From Candidatus Lokiarchaeum ossiferum (GTDB taxonomy: Archaea; Asgardarchaeota; Lokiarchaeia; Sigyniarchaeales; Promethearchaeaceae), in contig CP104013.1 of the NCBI GenBank assembly GCA_025839675.1, positions 1,110,001 to 1,142,000 on the forward strand: a DNA stretch of 32,000 nt, given 5' to 3'. Under the pieces are notes generated by a model. That model made no database searches, was not told the origin of the DNA, and worked only from the letters and a program-made list of their open reading frames with translations. Each line of letters starts with the position of its first letter. Positions within the stretch are counted from its first letter, which is position 1. Position numbers and translations under genes: made by a program. Below are positions 1 to 8,456 of the stretch, piece after piece.

Positions 1-542
1 TGAGATGCAATATACATAGTACCAGTCTTGATTTTTGTCATATAATCTGAATAAGAATAATGAACAAATTCTCCATGAATTTCCTGTATAGATACTCCAT
101 CTCTAAGTCCCCATACCATGAAATATAATATAGTAGCATAAGGGGATTTGCGAGTAATTTCTTTTTTGAAAGCATTGATCAAATTGATTTCTTTTTCGTA
201 TAAATCTGGAAAAGCAGATGTATCATCCGATTGCAGAATAATGAAATCCCATTGTTGAGAATTTATCTTTTGCAAAACTATAGCACTCTGAAGCAATTTA
301 GTAAGACTCGCGCCATATACTAAAGCAGAGTCGACATTCACATTTTTTTCGGCAGAATTTGAGAAGTTTTGGAATAATTGAGGCATATCATGATAACCTG
401 TTAAACTGTTCCCAATAAATAGAATTGAAACATTGTCAGTATTATCCATAGGAATAATTGGTACACATAGGGCAGATGCGAAATGCATGGAAATAATTAT
501 GGTTGATAATAGAGGAAAAAAGAGTAAGATGGGTTTTTTCAT
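1..542 (-). CDS. Secreted SGNH/GDSL-like hydrolase (first 180 codons only; the CDS runs off the left window edge)
   Basis: Hand translation of the minus strand from the ATG (complement of 540-542) gives MKKPILLFFPLLSTIIISMHFASALCVPI (signal-peptide-like), then ILFIGNSLTGYHDMPQLF (GNSL block I of SGNH hydrolases). The frame stays open to position 1. It is missing from the ORF track because there is no in-window stop. Confidence 0.55.
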   Translation of the reverse strand, partial: MKKPILLFFPLLSTIIISMHFASALCVPIIPMDNTDNVSILFIGNSLTGYHDMPQLFQNFSNSAEKNVNVDSALVYGASLTKLLQSAIVLQKINSQQWDFIILQSDDTSAFPDLYEKEINLINAFKKEITRKSPYATILYFMVWGLRDGVSIQEIHGEFVHYSYSDYMTKIKTGTMYIAS

Positions 543-687
543 ACTTGATTCTCAGGTATGTACTGAAAATATGATTAATTAAAACTCAGTATTTAATTTG
601 AATTTCATTCAGAAAAAATAGTACTTGTATCGACATTCTATTTAAGAAAAAACCGTGATTTTTTGGAATTAGCCTTTTTTTTTTATT

Positions 688-1146
688 TCACTTTATGGAA
701 TGATTAGTGGTGGTTTTCAATATTTTGCGTATAATAGCCTTTTCTTCAGGAGTATGGACTATCTTTACATAGCCAAATATTAATACACCAATTACTAGAA
801 TCCCAATTGGTTCTAAATAGGTTAGTTCAAATCTAAAACACAAAAATAATAGAATTGTTTCAAGAGTGCCAAAGGAATACATTATTATTAGACTAATATT
901 ATATTTACGGAATATAACTCGGATGAATTCACTATCATATGACTCTAAACTAGATTTTCTTAACACTTGTTGTTCTTTGATAATCGGGACGGATAATAAT
1001 ACAGTGGCAATTATCGTAGGTAATGAAATCATGAGTGCAGATATAAGATTACGTTGACTTCCAATAATTATCAATATGACAATGTATATGATGAGACTTG
1101 ATAGAAGCAAAAATACTTTCAGTTTTATGCTTTTAATTGTGATCAC
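688..1146 (-). CDS. Hypothetical integral membrane protein
   Basis: 152-aa ORF with a GTG start and about four hydrophobic helices. I recognise no motif. Confidence 0.45.
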   Translation of the reverse strand: MITIKSIKLKVFLLLSSLIIYIVILIIIGSQRNLISALMISLPTIIATVLLSVPIIKEQQVLRKSSLESYDSEFIRVIFRKYNISLIIMYSFGTLETILLFLCFRFELTYLEPIGILVIGVLIFGYVKIVHTPEEKAIIRKILKTTTNHSIK

Positions 1147-1236
1147 TTGTTAATTCAACCCGCAAGTTAAGAATTTGATGAAGTAGCTTATCGTTTTAAC
1201 TTATTTAAATGACTCATTTTCTGAGAAGCTTATATT

Positions 1237-2529
1237 TTATTTTTTGGAAATTTCTTGATCGAGGAGAATCAAGTAATTTTTGATCATTTCAAAGCTAATA
1301 TTCAGAGATATGGAATCAAGGTTGGTGAGATCATCCTTTCGCGAATGATAATTCCGCGGTTTGGTTTTGCCTTCATAGAGGATGTAAAAACTTGATGGAA
1401 TCCCAACATGCGCAAATCGACCGGCATCTGATCCAGCAAAAGGAAGGGCGACAATCGAACATGGCAGGGCTTGAAAATTGGTTTTTTCTTCAGATTGTTG
1501 TTGATTATACATTTTATTGGCTTGGAGTAGTCGATTACACACTTCTGGATGATGTTTCGCATTATGCATAAATTCTTTGGAAATAATAAACACCCGGTCT
1601 CCTGCACCCACACTTTCAGGAATGACGGCTTGGGAAAAATTTGGATGAATTTCGCCAGATTTTAAATATTTTTTCACAAAAGCATGGGCACCTCGTTCAC
1701 CACATTCTTCGCTTCCAAAAGATCCGGCCCATAATTCAACATTTTTTAACCGATTTTCTGATTTAGAAAAATAATCCGTCAAAGCAAGGGAAATACCGAC
1801 ACCTGAAAGATTATCATTTGCCCCAATTACGGGATCTCCCGATATTAAGCCATTAAGAAGATAAAGAAAACAGGGCAATCCTATTAAAGAGATTCCAATA
1901 AAAATCAGATCAATATATGTAAAAAGCAAAAATGAATTTGAATAGAGAGGATTTTGCACCCATATCAGATTACTTTGGGAAAGAAACAACTTTAAAATGA
2001 GAAGGAACAAGCTAATTAAAAGATATCCAACTCCAAGTAGTAGAAAAGTAAAGCCTTTATCCATTACGGACATTTCAAAAGCAGAATCGGTATGACCGCA
2101 TACAATGACTTGTTTTTTTGTAATAGAACGGGAAACATTTGAATCACGGGGATATATTCGCCCAGTAGCATTCCAACTCTTTGATTTTTTGAATAGAAAA
2201 TCAAAAGCAAATAATAAATTCATTCGAAATAGGGAAAGATAAATAATAAATAGTCCCAGAAGAAGCAGCCCCAAAGAGAAGAAAAGATACGGAAAGGAAA
2301 AGAAAATGGTAAAAAGGGCCCCAATTATCAATATTGAAGCCATTTTGAGAAATCCATGTGGATAAAATCGCGGATACACATCAAATTCGTCAAAATATGT
2401 ATCATCACAATTTTCTTGGAGATTTTTATAAATATATTGAGATGCCCTATATTCTTCTTCCGACCCAGCGATCCTTGGACCGCATGAATTTACAATATTT
2501 TCAATATGCTTCCTTATGATTTTGTCCAT
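1237..2529 (-). CDS. M28-family zinc metallopeptidase with inserted transmembrane segments
   Basis: M28 signatures appear in order: GPRIAGSEEE (N-terminal), CGHTDSAFE (His ligand), NDNLSGVG (Asp ligand), GSEECGERGAHAF (Glu-Glu), YHSRKDDL (His ligand). Hydrophobic blocks lie at about aa 60-110 and 160-230. Confidence 0.8.
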   Translation of the reverse strand: MDKIIRKHIENIVNSCGPRIAGSEEEYRASQYIYKNLQENCDDTYFDEFDVYPRFYPHGFLKMASILIIGALFTIFFSFPYLFFSLGLLLLGLFIIYLSLFRMNLLFAFDFLFKKSKSWNATGRIYPRDSNVSRSITKKQVIVCGHTDSAFEMSVMDKGFTFLLLGVGYLLISLFLLILKLFLSQSNLIWVQNPLYSNSFLLFTYIDLIFIGISLIGLPCFLYLLNGLISGDPVIGANDNLSGVGISLALTDYFSKSENRLKNVELWAGSFGSEECGERGAHAFVKKYLKSGEIHPNFSQAVIPESVGAGDRVFIISKEFMHNAKHHPEVCNRLLQANKMYNQQQSEEKTNFQALPCSIVALPFAGSDAGRFAHVGIPSSFYILYEGKTKPRNYHSRKDDLTNLDSISLNISFEMIKNYLILLDQEISKK

Positions 2530-2847
2530 TTATTAAATAATCTCCCAAAATTTGCTTCTAAAAATTTTAAACAAAATGATTTCCATCAATTAATTATGAC
2601 TATCTATCTAAAACATTATTCCATTTCATTTTGTTAAAAAATTTTACATATATTTCAATAGAAATGCAAATTCATTCCAAAAACTAATAATCTGCGAAAT
2701 TTTAAAAATATATACCCAATTCGTAGATCTAAAAACTGACACACATAAGTGGGTTTTCTTATTAAATTTCGCCCCAATTTTTAATACTCCTACATATTAT
2801 GTAGGAATAATATGAGAAATTTTATAAAACAAAGAATCAAATAATTA

Positions 2848-2855
2848 TTTATATA
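2848..2855 (+). promoter_or_regulatory. Candidate archaeal TATA box for the plsC-like gene
   Basis: TTTATATA lies 51 nt upstream of the ATG at 2906. Such strings are common in AT-rich DNA, so specificity is low. Confidence 0.3.
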
Positions 2856-2905
2856 AACGGTTTTTTGATCAAATCTTCTTTACGAAAAATAACAACGGGA
2901 TTCTC

Positions 2906-3715
2906 ATGACAATTAAATCAAAACGTAAGAAATTCGTAAAACATATCATTAAATATAATGTTTTAGATTACTTTATTCCACGATTAAGAAGACTCTACAA
3001 ACGATTGGGTATTTTAGATGTCATGGACAACTGTTTCTATTGGATTGCATGGAAATTATGCAATTGGGCATTTACAAAGGGTCGATTATGGAGTGGTGAT
3101 TCCACCCATGAAGCAAATGTACCACAAACAGGCGCAGGAATTTTCATTGCAAATCATAGTCACGCCTTAGATCCATTCATTTCTGCATGTCGTATTAATC
3201 GAAAAGTCCACTGGGTTTCTAAAATAGAAAATTACTATCTTCCATTCTTCAGACCAATTCTTCAAAGTTCGGGAAGTATTCCAATCCGGCGGGGTGAATC
3301 GGATCAAAATGCTATGCGATTGATCCGCAAAGAACTCTCTCAAGGTGAATTTGTTGGGATGTTTCCTGAAGGAACTCGCACACGAAATGGATATTTGGGA
3401 CGATTTCACACTGGTGCTGCACGATTATGCCTTGAATTCCAAATTCCTTATATTCCAGTTGGAGTTGTTGGCTCTTACAAAAGTAAAATTGGAGATAAAA
3501 TTGATGTCCATGTAGGGCGTGCTCGCTATCCTCCAAAGGGTATGAAAGACAATTACGAAAATGCAAAATGGTTTGCAGAACAAATGCGCCAAGATATTCT
3601 TCGGTTAAGTGGAGCAGTTCCAGATCCACAGTATGTTAAAGCAAAAGCTGTCAATGCTAAGGTGGAAGAAATTCCAACAGCAGTTTCCACTCCAAGCATC
3701 ACCAAGATGCATTAA
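2906..3715 (+). CDS. plsC: 1-acyl-sn-glycerol-3-phosphate acyltransferase-like (PlsC family)
   Basis: The glycerolipid acyltransferase blocks are present: ANHSHALD (HX4D catalytic motif), FPEGTRTRNG (block III), IPYIPVGVVG (block IV). Confidence 0.85.
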   Translation: MTIKSKRKKFVKHIIKYNVLDYFIPRLRRLYKRLGILDVMDNCFYWIAWKLCNWAFTKGRLWSGDSTHEANVPQTGAGIFIANHSHALDPFISACRINRKVHWVSKIENYYLPFFRPILQSSGSIPIRRGESDQNAMRLIRKELSQGEFVGMFPEGTRTRNGYLGRFHTGAARLCLEFQIPYIPVGVVGSYKSKIGDKIDVHVGRARYPPKGMKDNYENAKWFAEQMRQDILRLSGAVPDPQYVKAKAVNAKVEEIPTAVSTPSITKMH

Positions 3716-3827
3716 TCTTTTTTCTTTCTCATTTCTTTATTGCAATCTTTTTATAATTTCGATTGATTTTTGGATTTTAAGAAAATCTGTGTGGTTTCTT
3801 AAAGTAAAACTTCGAGAAAAAATTTAC

Positions 3828-4820
3828 TTAGATTAACGCCAGAAGGTCTTTGATTGCTTTTTCCATCAATTTTCCTTCATGTAAAACCTTATACACTTGA
3901 GTTGTCAGAGGCAAATCGATACCATTCTCTTGAGCAAATTGATATATGGATTCTGCCGCCCAGACACCTTCTGCAACCATACCATGCATCTCATCACTAA
4001 TTTGATCAAGGGTTTTACCTCGCGCTATCTCTTCTCCATAAAAATGGTTTCGCGATAACTTCGAACTACAAGTAGCGATTAAATCCCCAATTCCCGCGAT
4101 TCCAAAGAAAGTCCCTCGGGTACACCCAAAATGTTTGCCAATCCGATTCATTTCATGCAATCCTAAGGTCATGATGCTTCCTTTTGAGTTATTCCCTAAA
4201 TTCAATCCATCACAAAATCCTACGGCAATAGCTGTTATATTTTTAACGGCACCGCAAATTTCAATACCTCGTTCATCGGTGATAGCGTAGGGTTTGAAAT
4301 ATTCCGTATGAAAGAGATCCACGAGCTCAGGCAGGATTTCTTCGTGAATAGAAGCAATTACTGTAGCAGTAGGCTGCATATGCGCCACTTCGGATGAGAG
4401 ATTAGGACCAGATAACGCAGCCACTTTCACATTAGATGGAAGAACTTCCCTTAATACTTCAGACATCAGCTTGAAGGTGGTATATTCCAGCCCTTTGGAG
4501 ACGGAAACCAATTTATATTTTTGATCATTTTTAAAGAAAGGTGATATTTGCTCCGCAATCTTGCGAACGTGGCTGGAGGGAACCGCAAATACAAGAATTT
4601 CCGCGTTTGGAATCACTTCTTCGAATTTTGAAAATGCAACTAAATTTGAAGACAAGTGTATGGAAGGAAGAAATTGCTTGTTTTCGTGAAAATTATTTAT
4701 ATTGTCAACAGTTTCTTGTTCAAATGACCAAATTTTAACAAGAAATCCTTTTGTGGCTAGAAGATTACCAAGTGTTGTTCCCCAACCCCCCGCGCCAATC
4801 ACCGATATTTCCGGTACCAT
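3828..4820 (-). CDS. gpsA: NAD(P)H-dependent sn-glycerol-3-phosphate dehydrogenase (GpsA type)
   Basis: Collinear with bacterial GpsA along its length: VIGAGGWGTTLGNLLA (Rossmann), SKGLE, LSGPNLSSEVA, GAVKNITAIAVGFCDGL, GIGDLIATCSSKLSRN, MVAEGV. I prefer the ATG at 4820 (MVPEISVIGAG). The ORF track starts at a GTG at 4838. Confidence 0.9.
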   Translation of the reverse strand: MVPEISVIGAGGWGTTLGNLLATKGFLVKIWSFEQETVDNINNFHENKQFLPSIHLSSNLVAFSKFEEVIPNAEILVFAVPSSHVRKIAEQISPFFKNDQKYKLVSVSKGLEYTTFKLMSEVLREVLPSNVKVAALSGPNLSSEVAHMQPTATVIASIHEEILPELVDLFHTEYFKPYAITDERGIEICGAVKNITAIAVGFCDGLNLGNNSKGSIMTLGLHEMNRIGKHFGCTRGTFFGIAGIGDLIATCSSKLSRNHFYGEEIARGKTLDQISDEMHGMVAEGVWAAESIYQFAQENGIDLPLTTQVYKVLHEGKLMEKAIKDLLALI

Positions 4821-5006
4821 AAAAATAGGAAAACCCACATTTTATATGAATCTTCAGCTTTAGGTTGAAAATCCTACTTTTGTCCATCGGATTCTTCGGA
4901 TTGGATTCAAAATTTCGTTTTTCATATTTTTTTTCATGTTAGGTTCACCTTCGATTGAGAATATTATCTCAAACTTCATATTATTAGACTTCTTTTTCAC
5001 ATTCAT

Positions 5007-5990
5007 ATGAATGGTATCCTTAGTGCATTTTTAATGGTCATTACCTTTGCGCTCTCATTTATCCTTATTCGGAAAGTTGAACAGACTTATTCAACAGTTT
5101 TTATCAATTTCATACGAGCGATTATTGGACTTAGTTGTTTTGCACTCTACACCCTTTTTATCGGCCAAATTCATCATATATTCGATCTAAACTTTCTAAT
5201 ATGGGGAATTTTGGGTGCAAGCATCATTTTTGGAGTCGTGATCGGAGATACTGCTTTCTTTAAATGTCAAAAATTCATTGGACCAACTAATGCGGCCACT
5301 TTTGCCATCACATCCCCGATTTTTACAATGATCCTTGCGATTCTAATTCTTGGAGACTCATTTCAATGGATTTTACTTCTCTCATCCATTATCACTGGAG
5401 CGGGAGTATATTTATTGGTCCATTTACAACAAAATTCTGATGAAGAGCAAGAAGCAAAGACAACAGATAATCTCTCTGAGACTGAAATGAACAAACTTCG
5501 CTTGATTTCAGGAAGTCTCTTTGGTTTACTTGCATCTCTTGCATGGTCCTTTGCAAATATTTATAGTGAAATGGGACTTGGTTTGAGTGAAAATGAGCTG
5601 CAAATTGATTCCAACATTTATGTTGTCACTAATATCATCCGTTATCTTGTAGCCAGCACATGTATGGGAAGCTGGTGGATGATAAATCGATCCAAAAAAA
5701 AAAAAAATAGTGTTGATTTCCATAATAATGAAAGTCCAGATTCTTCTCGAAAATTGATGAGTATATTAATCCTATCTGCAATTTTGGGTACGTTTTTAGG
5801 AGAAATATTCTTTGGTATCACCATTGTGAAAATGGGTTCTACATTTATTGCTATAATGGGATCTTCATTACCTGTGTTTACCATTCCATTGAATTATATT
5901 ATTAATAAAGAAAAATTAAATATCAAAAGTCTTCCAGGAATAGTGATTACTCTTGGGGGAGTTTTTATATTGATATTTGCCTCAAGCTAG
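5007..5990 (+). CDS. EamA/DMT-superfamily transporter
   Basis: 327 aa arranged as two blocks of about 5 TM helices, separated by a polar loop (QQNSDEEQEAKTTDN). This is the usual duplicated EamA topology. Confidence 0.7.
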   Translation: MNGILSAFLMVITFALSFILIRKVEQTYSTVFINFIRAIIGLSCFALYTLFIGQIHHIFDLNFLIWGILGASIIFGVVIGDTAFFKCQKFIGPTNAATFAITSPIFTMILAILILGDSFQWILLLSSIITGAGVYLLVHLQQNSDEEQEAKTTDNLSETEMNKLRLISGSLFGLLASLAWSFANIYSEMGLGLSENELQIDSNIYVVTNIIRYLVASTCMGSWWMINRSKKKKNSVDFHNNESPDSSRKLMSILILSAILGTFLGEIFFGITIVKMGSTFIAIMGSSLPVFTIPLNYIINKEKLNIKSLPGIVITLGGVFILIFASS

Positions 5991-6061
5991 TTGATGAAAA
6001 AAAAACTAGGAGTATTTCTTTCTAGATTGAGTGAATGGTATTAAAAGCGAAAAATATAAAA

Positions 6062-6291
6062 AACAAATAAACAACGTGGGCACGCTCTTTGAATATAATC
6101 CAATGGTTTCATTATACTCTACGTTTGATTCATATTTTTTCCAACGAAGCAAATAACTCTAATAAATCCGCATTTTTTGGAATATCGTGCATACTGTCAC
6201 TATAATATGCATACTGAATAGTCCCTTGTTTGGTTACAATGATCATATCCGGTATCTGTCCCAGCCGCCAAATTTTGATCTCTTGTTTTCA
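6062..6291 (-). repeat. Direct repeat copy A (~230 bp), homologous to 8225-8456
   Basis: Aligns by eye to the 3' UTR plus the last ~52 codons of the redoxin gene at 8295-8774, with scattered substitutions and two small indels. Boundaries are approximate. Confidence 0.8.
6130..6291 (-). pseudogene. 3' fragment of a PRX_like2 redoxin paralog (C-terminal ~52 codons only)
   Basis: The minus strand reads KQEIKIWRLGQIPDMIIVTKQGTIQYAYYSDSMHDIPKNADLLELFASLEKI*. The intact gene has NQEIKIWRLGRMPGMLIVDKQGIIQYAYYSDSMHDIPKNADVLELLASLEKK*. An in-frame TGA sits immediately upstream, and there is no N-terminal half and no start codon. Confidence 0.7.
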
Positions 6292-6430
6292 ACACAATAG
6301 ACCAAAGTACTAAAAATTGTGAATAAATTCGTTAATAGTTCTAATTTAGCTGAATAATCATCAAATAGACAACTATTCTCTTTAAATTTTCAATATCCAT
6401 CATAATTATGAACCTTTTCAAGGTGATATA

Positions 6431-8068
6431 ATGACTAAAAAAAAAAATGCAATTTTATTAATTTTATCCGTTATTTTGCTGGAATTGGGCATGCTTAACT
6501 TAATTCCTACAATTCAATGCACTCCGATAAGTGAGGATGCACAAAATTATATCTACTCAACATATTTCGGAGGATCGGGAAAAGATGTAATCACAGATGT
6601 CGCTTTTGACTCCCAAGGAAATATAATTATCGCGGGAGGAACATTTTCTAGGGATTTAAACACTTCAAATGGATATCAATCCGAATATGGGGGAGGATCA
6701 TCAAGTGATATCCATATTAATGGAGGAGATGGATTTGTATTTAAAATGAACCCTCAAGGAAAACGTATATGGGGTACGTATCTTGGGGGAAATAGTTTAG
6801 ATGTCTGCGATCAACTTGTCATCGACTCTAACGATGAAATCTTTGTCACTGGAGAAACACAATCTTCAAACTTCCCCACTACAGAAGATGCAATTCAACC
6901 TACCTACGGAGGGGGCACGTCCGATGTGTTTATTACAAAATTTATGCCAAATGGTTCTGTTCAATATTCGTCCTTTATCGGAGGTTCTGGTGTTGATTCA
7001 GGCGGAAAATGTAAGATAGATGGATCAGATCAACTTTATATTTCCTTCTTTAGCGCTTCTTCAAACCTAAATGTTACTTCCAACGCCCACCAAACTTCCT
7101 TTGGGGGAGATTATGATGTGTATATTAGTAAATTTGAAAACAATTTAACCAAAATGTTATATGGAAGTTATTTTGGAGGAAGTGATATGGAATTAGTTAG
7201 CAATATTGAAGTAGATGAGGATGATTCACTAATTATCATAGGTAATATCATGGGAGGTAACATGCCTACTCTAAATGCGTTCAACGAAGTTTTTAATGGA
7301 GGTGATAGGGATATATTTATTTCAAAATTCTCAAATAACTATTCTCTCGAATTTTCGACATATTTGGGAGGAGATCAATTTGAAGATCCATTTGGTTCGA
7401 CCATAGGTTCTCACAGTGATATTATAATTAGTGGTCGTACAATGTCTACCGATTATCCCACCGCCAATGCTCTTCAAAAGAATTTTGGTGGTGAAGTTGA
7501 CGGAATCATTTCTGTTCTTTCTTCAGATGGCCAAGAATTAAAATATTCATCTCATTTTGGAGGAATAGGTTGGGATACAATTCATGAAGTAGTGTATGCT
7601 GATAATGGGAAAATATATGGATGTGGTGTTGCAAACTCTAATTTTCCGTTAAAAAATGCCTTTCAAGAATCCATTGATTTAACTACAGGCAATTTGGTGT
7701 TGCTTCAATTATCTAATGAACATGAATTTGAATTTGGTACCTATTTTGGTGATACAAGTGACCAAACTACTCCCTATGGGATCGATTATCATTCTGGTTA
7801 CATTGTAGTCGTAGGAAGAACAAGATCTTCTTCATTCTTTAGGAGCGATGATGCTGATCAATTAACAATGAGTGATACTGAGGATGGTTTTATTTGTCGA
7901 ATTGCCATTGAGGATTATATGGAGGGTAAGGATGTTTCTGGAAAACCAACAAATTTAATTTCTCAAACAATTCCAGGTTATAGCCTAATTTCTCTTGGAA
8001 TTTGTTTAGCTCTGGCCCCAATGTTATTATCGTTGCATAAAAATAGGAAAAGGAGTAAAATCTTCTAA
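6431..8068 (+). CDS. Secreted SBBP-type beta-propeller repeat protein with a C-terminal IPGYS/TM/basic anchor
   Basis: AGGTGA RBS 6 nt upstream. N-terminal signal peptide. About 7 reiterations of YSTYFGGSGxD...SxNFPTT...GGxxDxFIxKF (SBBP repeat pattern). The C-terminus is TIPGYSLISLGICLALAPMLLSLHKNRKRSKIF. Confidence 0.8.
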   Translation: MTKKKNAILLILSVILLELGMLNLIPTIQCTPISEDAQNYIYSTYFGGSGKDVITDVAFDSQGNIIIAGGTFSRDLNTSNGYQSEYGGGSSSDIHINGGDGFVFKMNPQGKRIWGTYLGGNSLDVCDQLVIDSNDEIFVTGETQSSNFPTTEDAIQPTYGGGTSDVFITKFMPNGSVQYSSFIGGSGVDSGGKCKIDGSDQLYISFFSASSNLNVTSNAHQTSFGGDYDVYISKFENNLTKMLYGSYFGGSDMELVSNIEVDEDDSLIIIGNIMGGNMPTLNAFNEVFNGGDRDIFISKFSNNYSLEFSTYLGGDQFEDPFGSTIGSHSDIIISGRTMSTDYPTANALQKNFGGEVDGIISVLSSDGQELKYSSHFGGIGWDTIHEVVYADNGKIYGCGVANSNFPLKNAFQESIDLTTGNLVLLQLSNEHEFEFGTYFGDTSDQTTPYGIDYHSGYIVVVGRTRSSSFFRSDDADQLTMSDTEDGFICRIAIEDYMEGKDVSGKPTNLISQTIPGYSLISLGICLALAPMLLSLHKNRKRSKIF

Positions 8069-8220
8069 TAACTGTGGTATCCAAGCATTTTTTTTCTTTC
8101 TTATTTCTGACCAAATTGATGGAGAAAAACGGGTAGATCTGTCCCAAATCAAGGAACTTACACAATAGGCTTTGGGATATAAACACATCAATCACTCGAA
8201 GGAATTAAAAAAAATAAATA

Positions 8221-8251
8221 AAATAAAAAAACAAACAGCGTGGGCACGCTC
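8221..8251 (-). terminator. Hairpin plus U-tract downstream of the redoxin gene
   Basis: The minus-strand RNA reads AGCGUGCCCACGCU (5-6 bp GC-rich stem) followed by GUUUGUUUUUUUAUUU. Oligo-U tracts act as archaeal terminators. Confidence 0.45.
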
Positions 8252-8456
8252 TTTGAATATAATCCAATGGTTTACATTATATTCTACGTTTGATTCATTT
8301 TTTTTCCAACGAAGCCAATAACTCTAATACATCCGCATTTTTTGGAATATCGTGCATACTGTCGCTATAATATGCATATTGAATAATCCCTTGTTTGTCT
8401 ACAATGAGCATTCCCGGCATCCGTCCCAACCGCCAAATTTTAATTTCCTGATTTAA
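8225..8456 (-). repeat. Direct repeat copy B (the part of the intact redoxin locus homologous to 6062-6291)
   Basis: See copy A. Same orientation, about 2.16 kb apart, bracketing the SBBP gene. Confidence 0.8.
8255..8284 (-). promoter_or_regulatory. Candidate SECIS-like 3' UTR hairpin
   Basis: The RNA is GAAUAUAAU-GUAAA-CC-AUU-GG-AUUAUAUUC: a 9-bp lower stem, a 5'-side purine bulge, a 2-bp G:C helix and a triloop. It starts 10 nt after the stop codon. Copy A (6091-6119) keeps the fold, and its bulge reads GAAA. Confidence 0.35.

Noticed and set aside
7890-8195. 101-aa minus-strand ORF overlapping the 3' end of the SBBP gene.
   Set aside because: It overlaps the well-supported SBBP C-terminal anchor region, and its sequence has no features.
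6062-8456. The direct-repeat-flanked segment considered as an IS element or transposon.
   Set aside because: There is no transposase or integrase ORF and no terminal inverted repeats. The repeats are a gene fragment rather than a target-site duplication. I kept it as a duplication/recombination scar in the findings.
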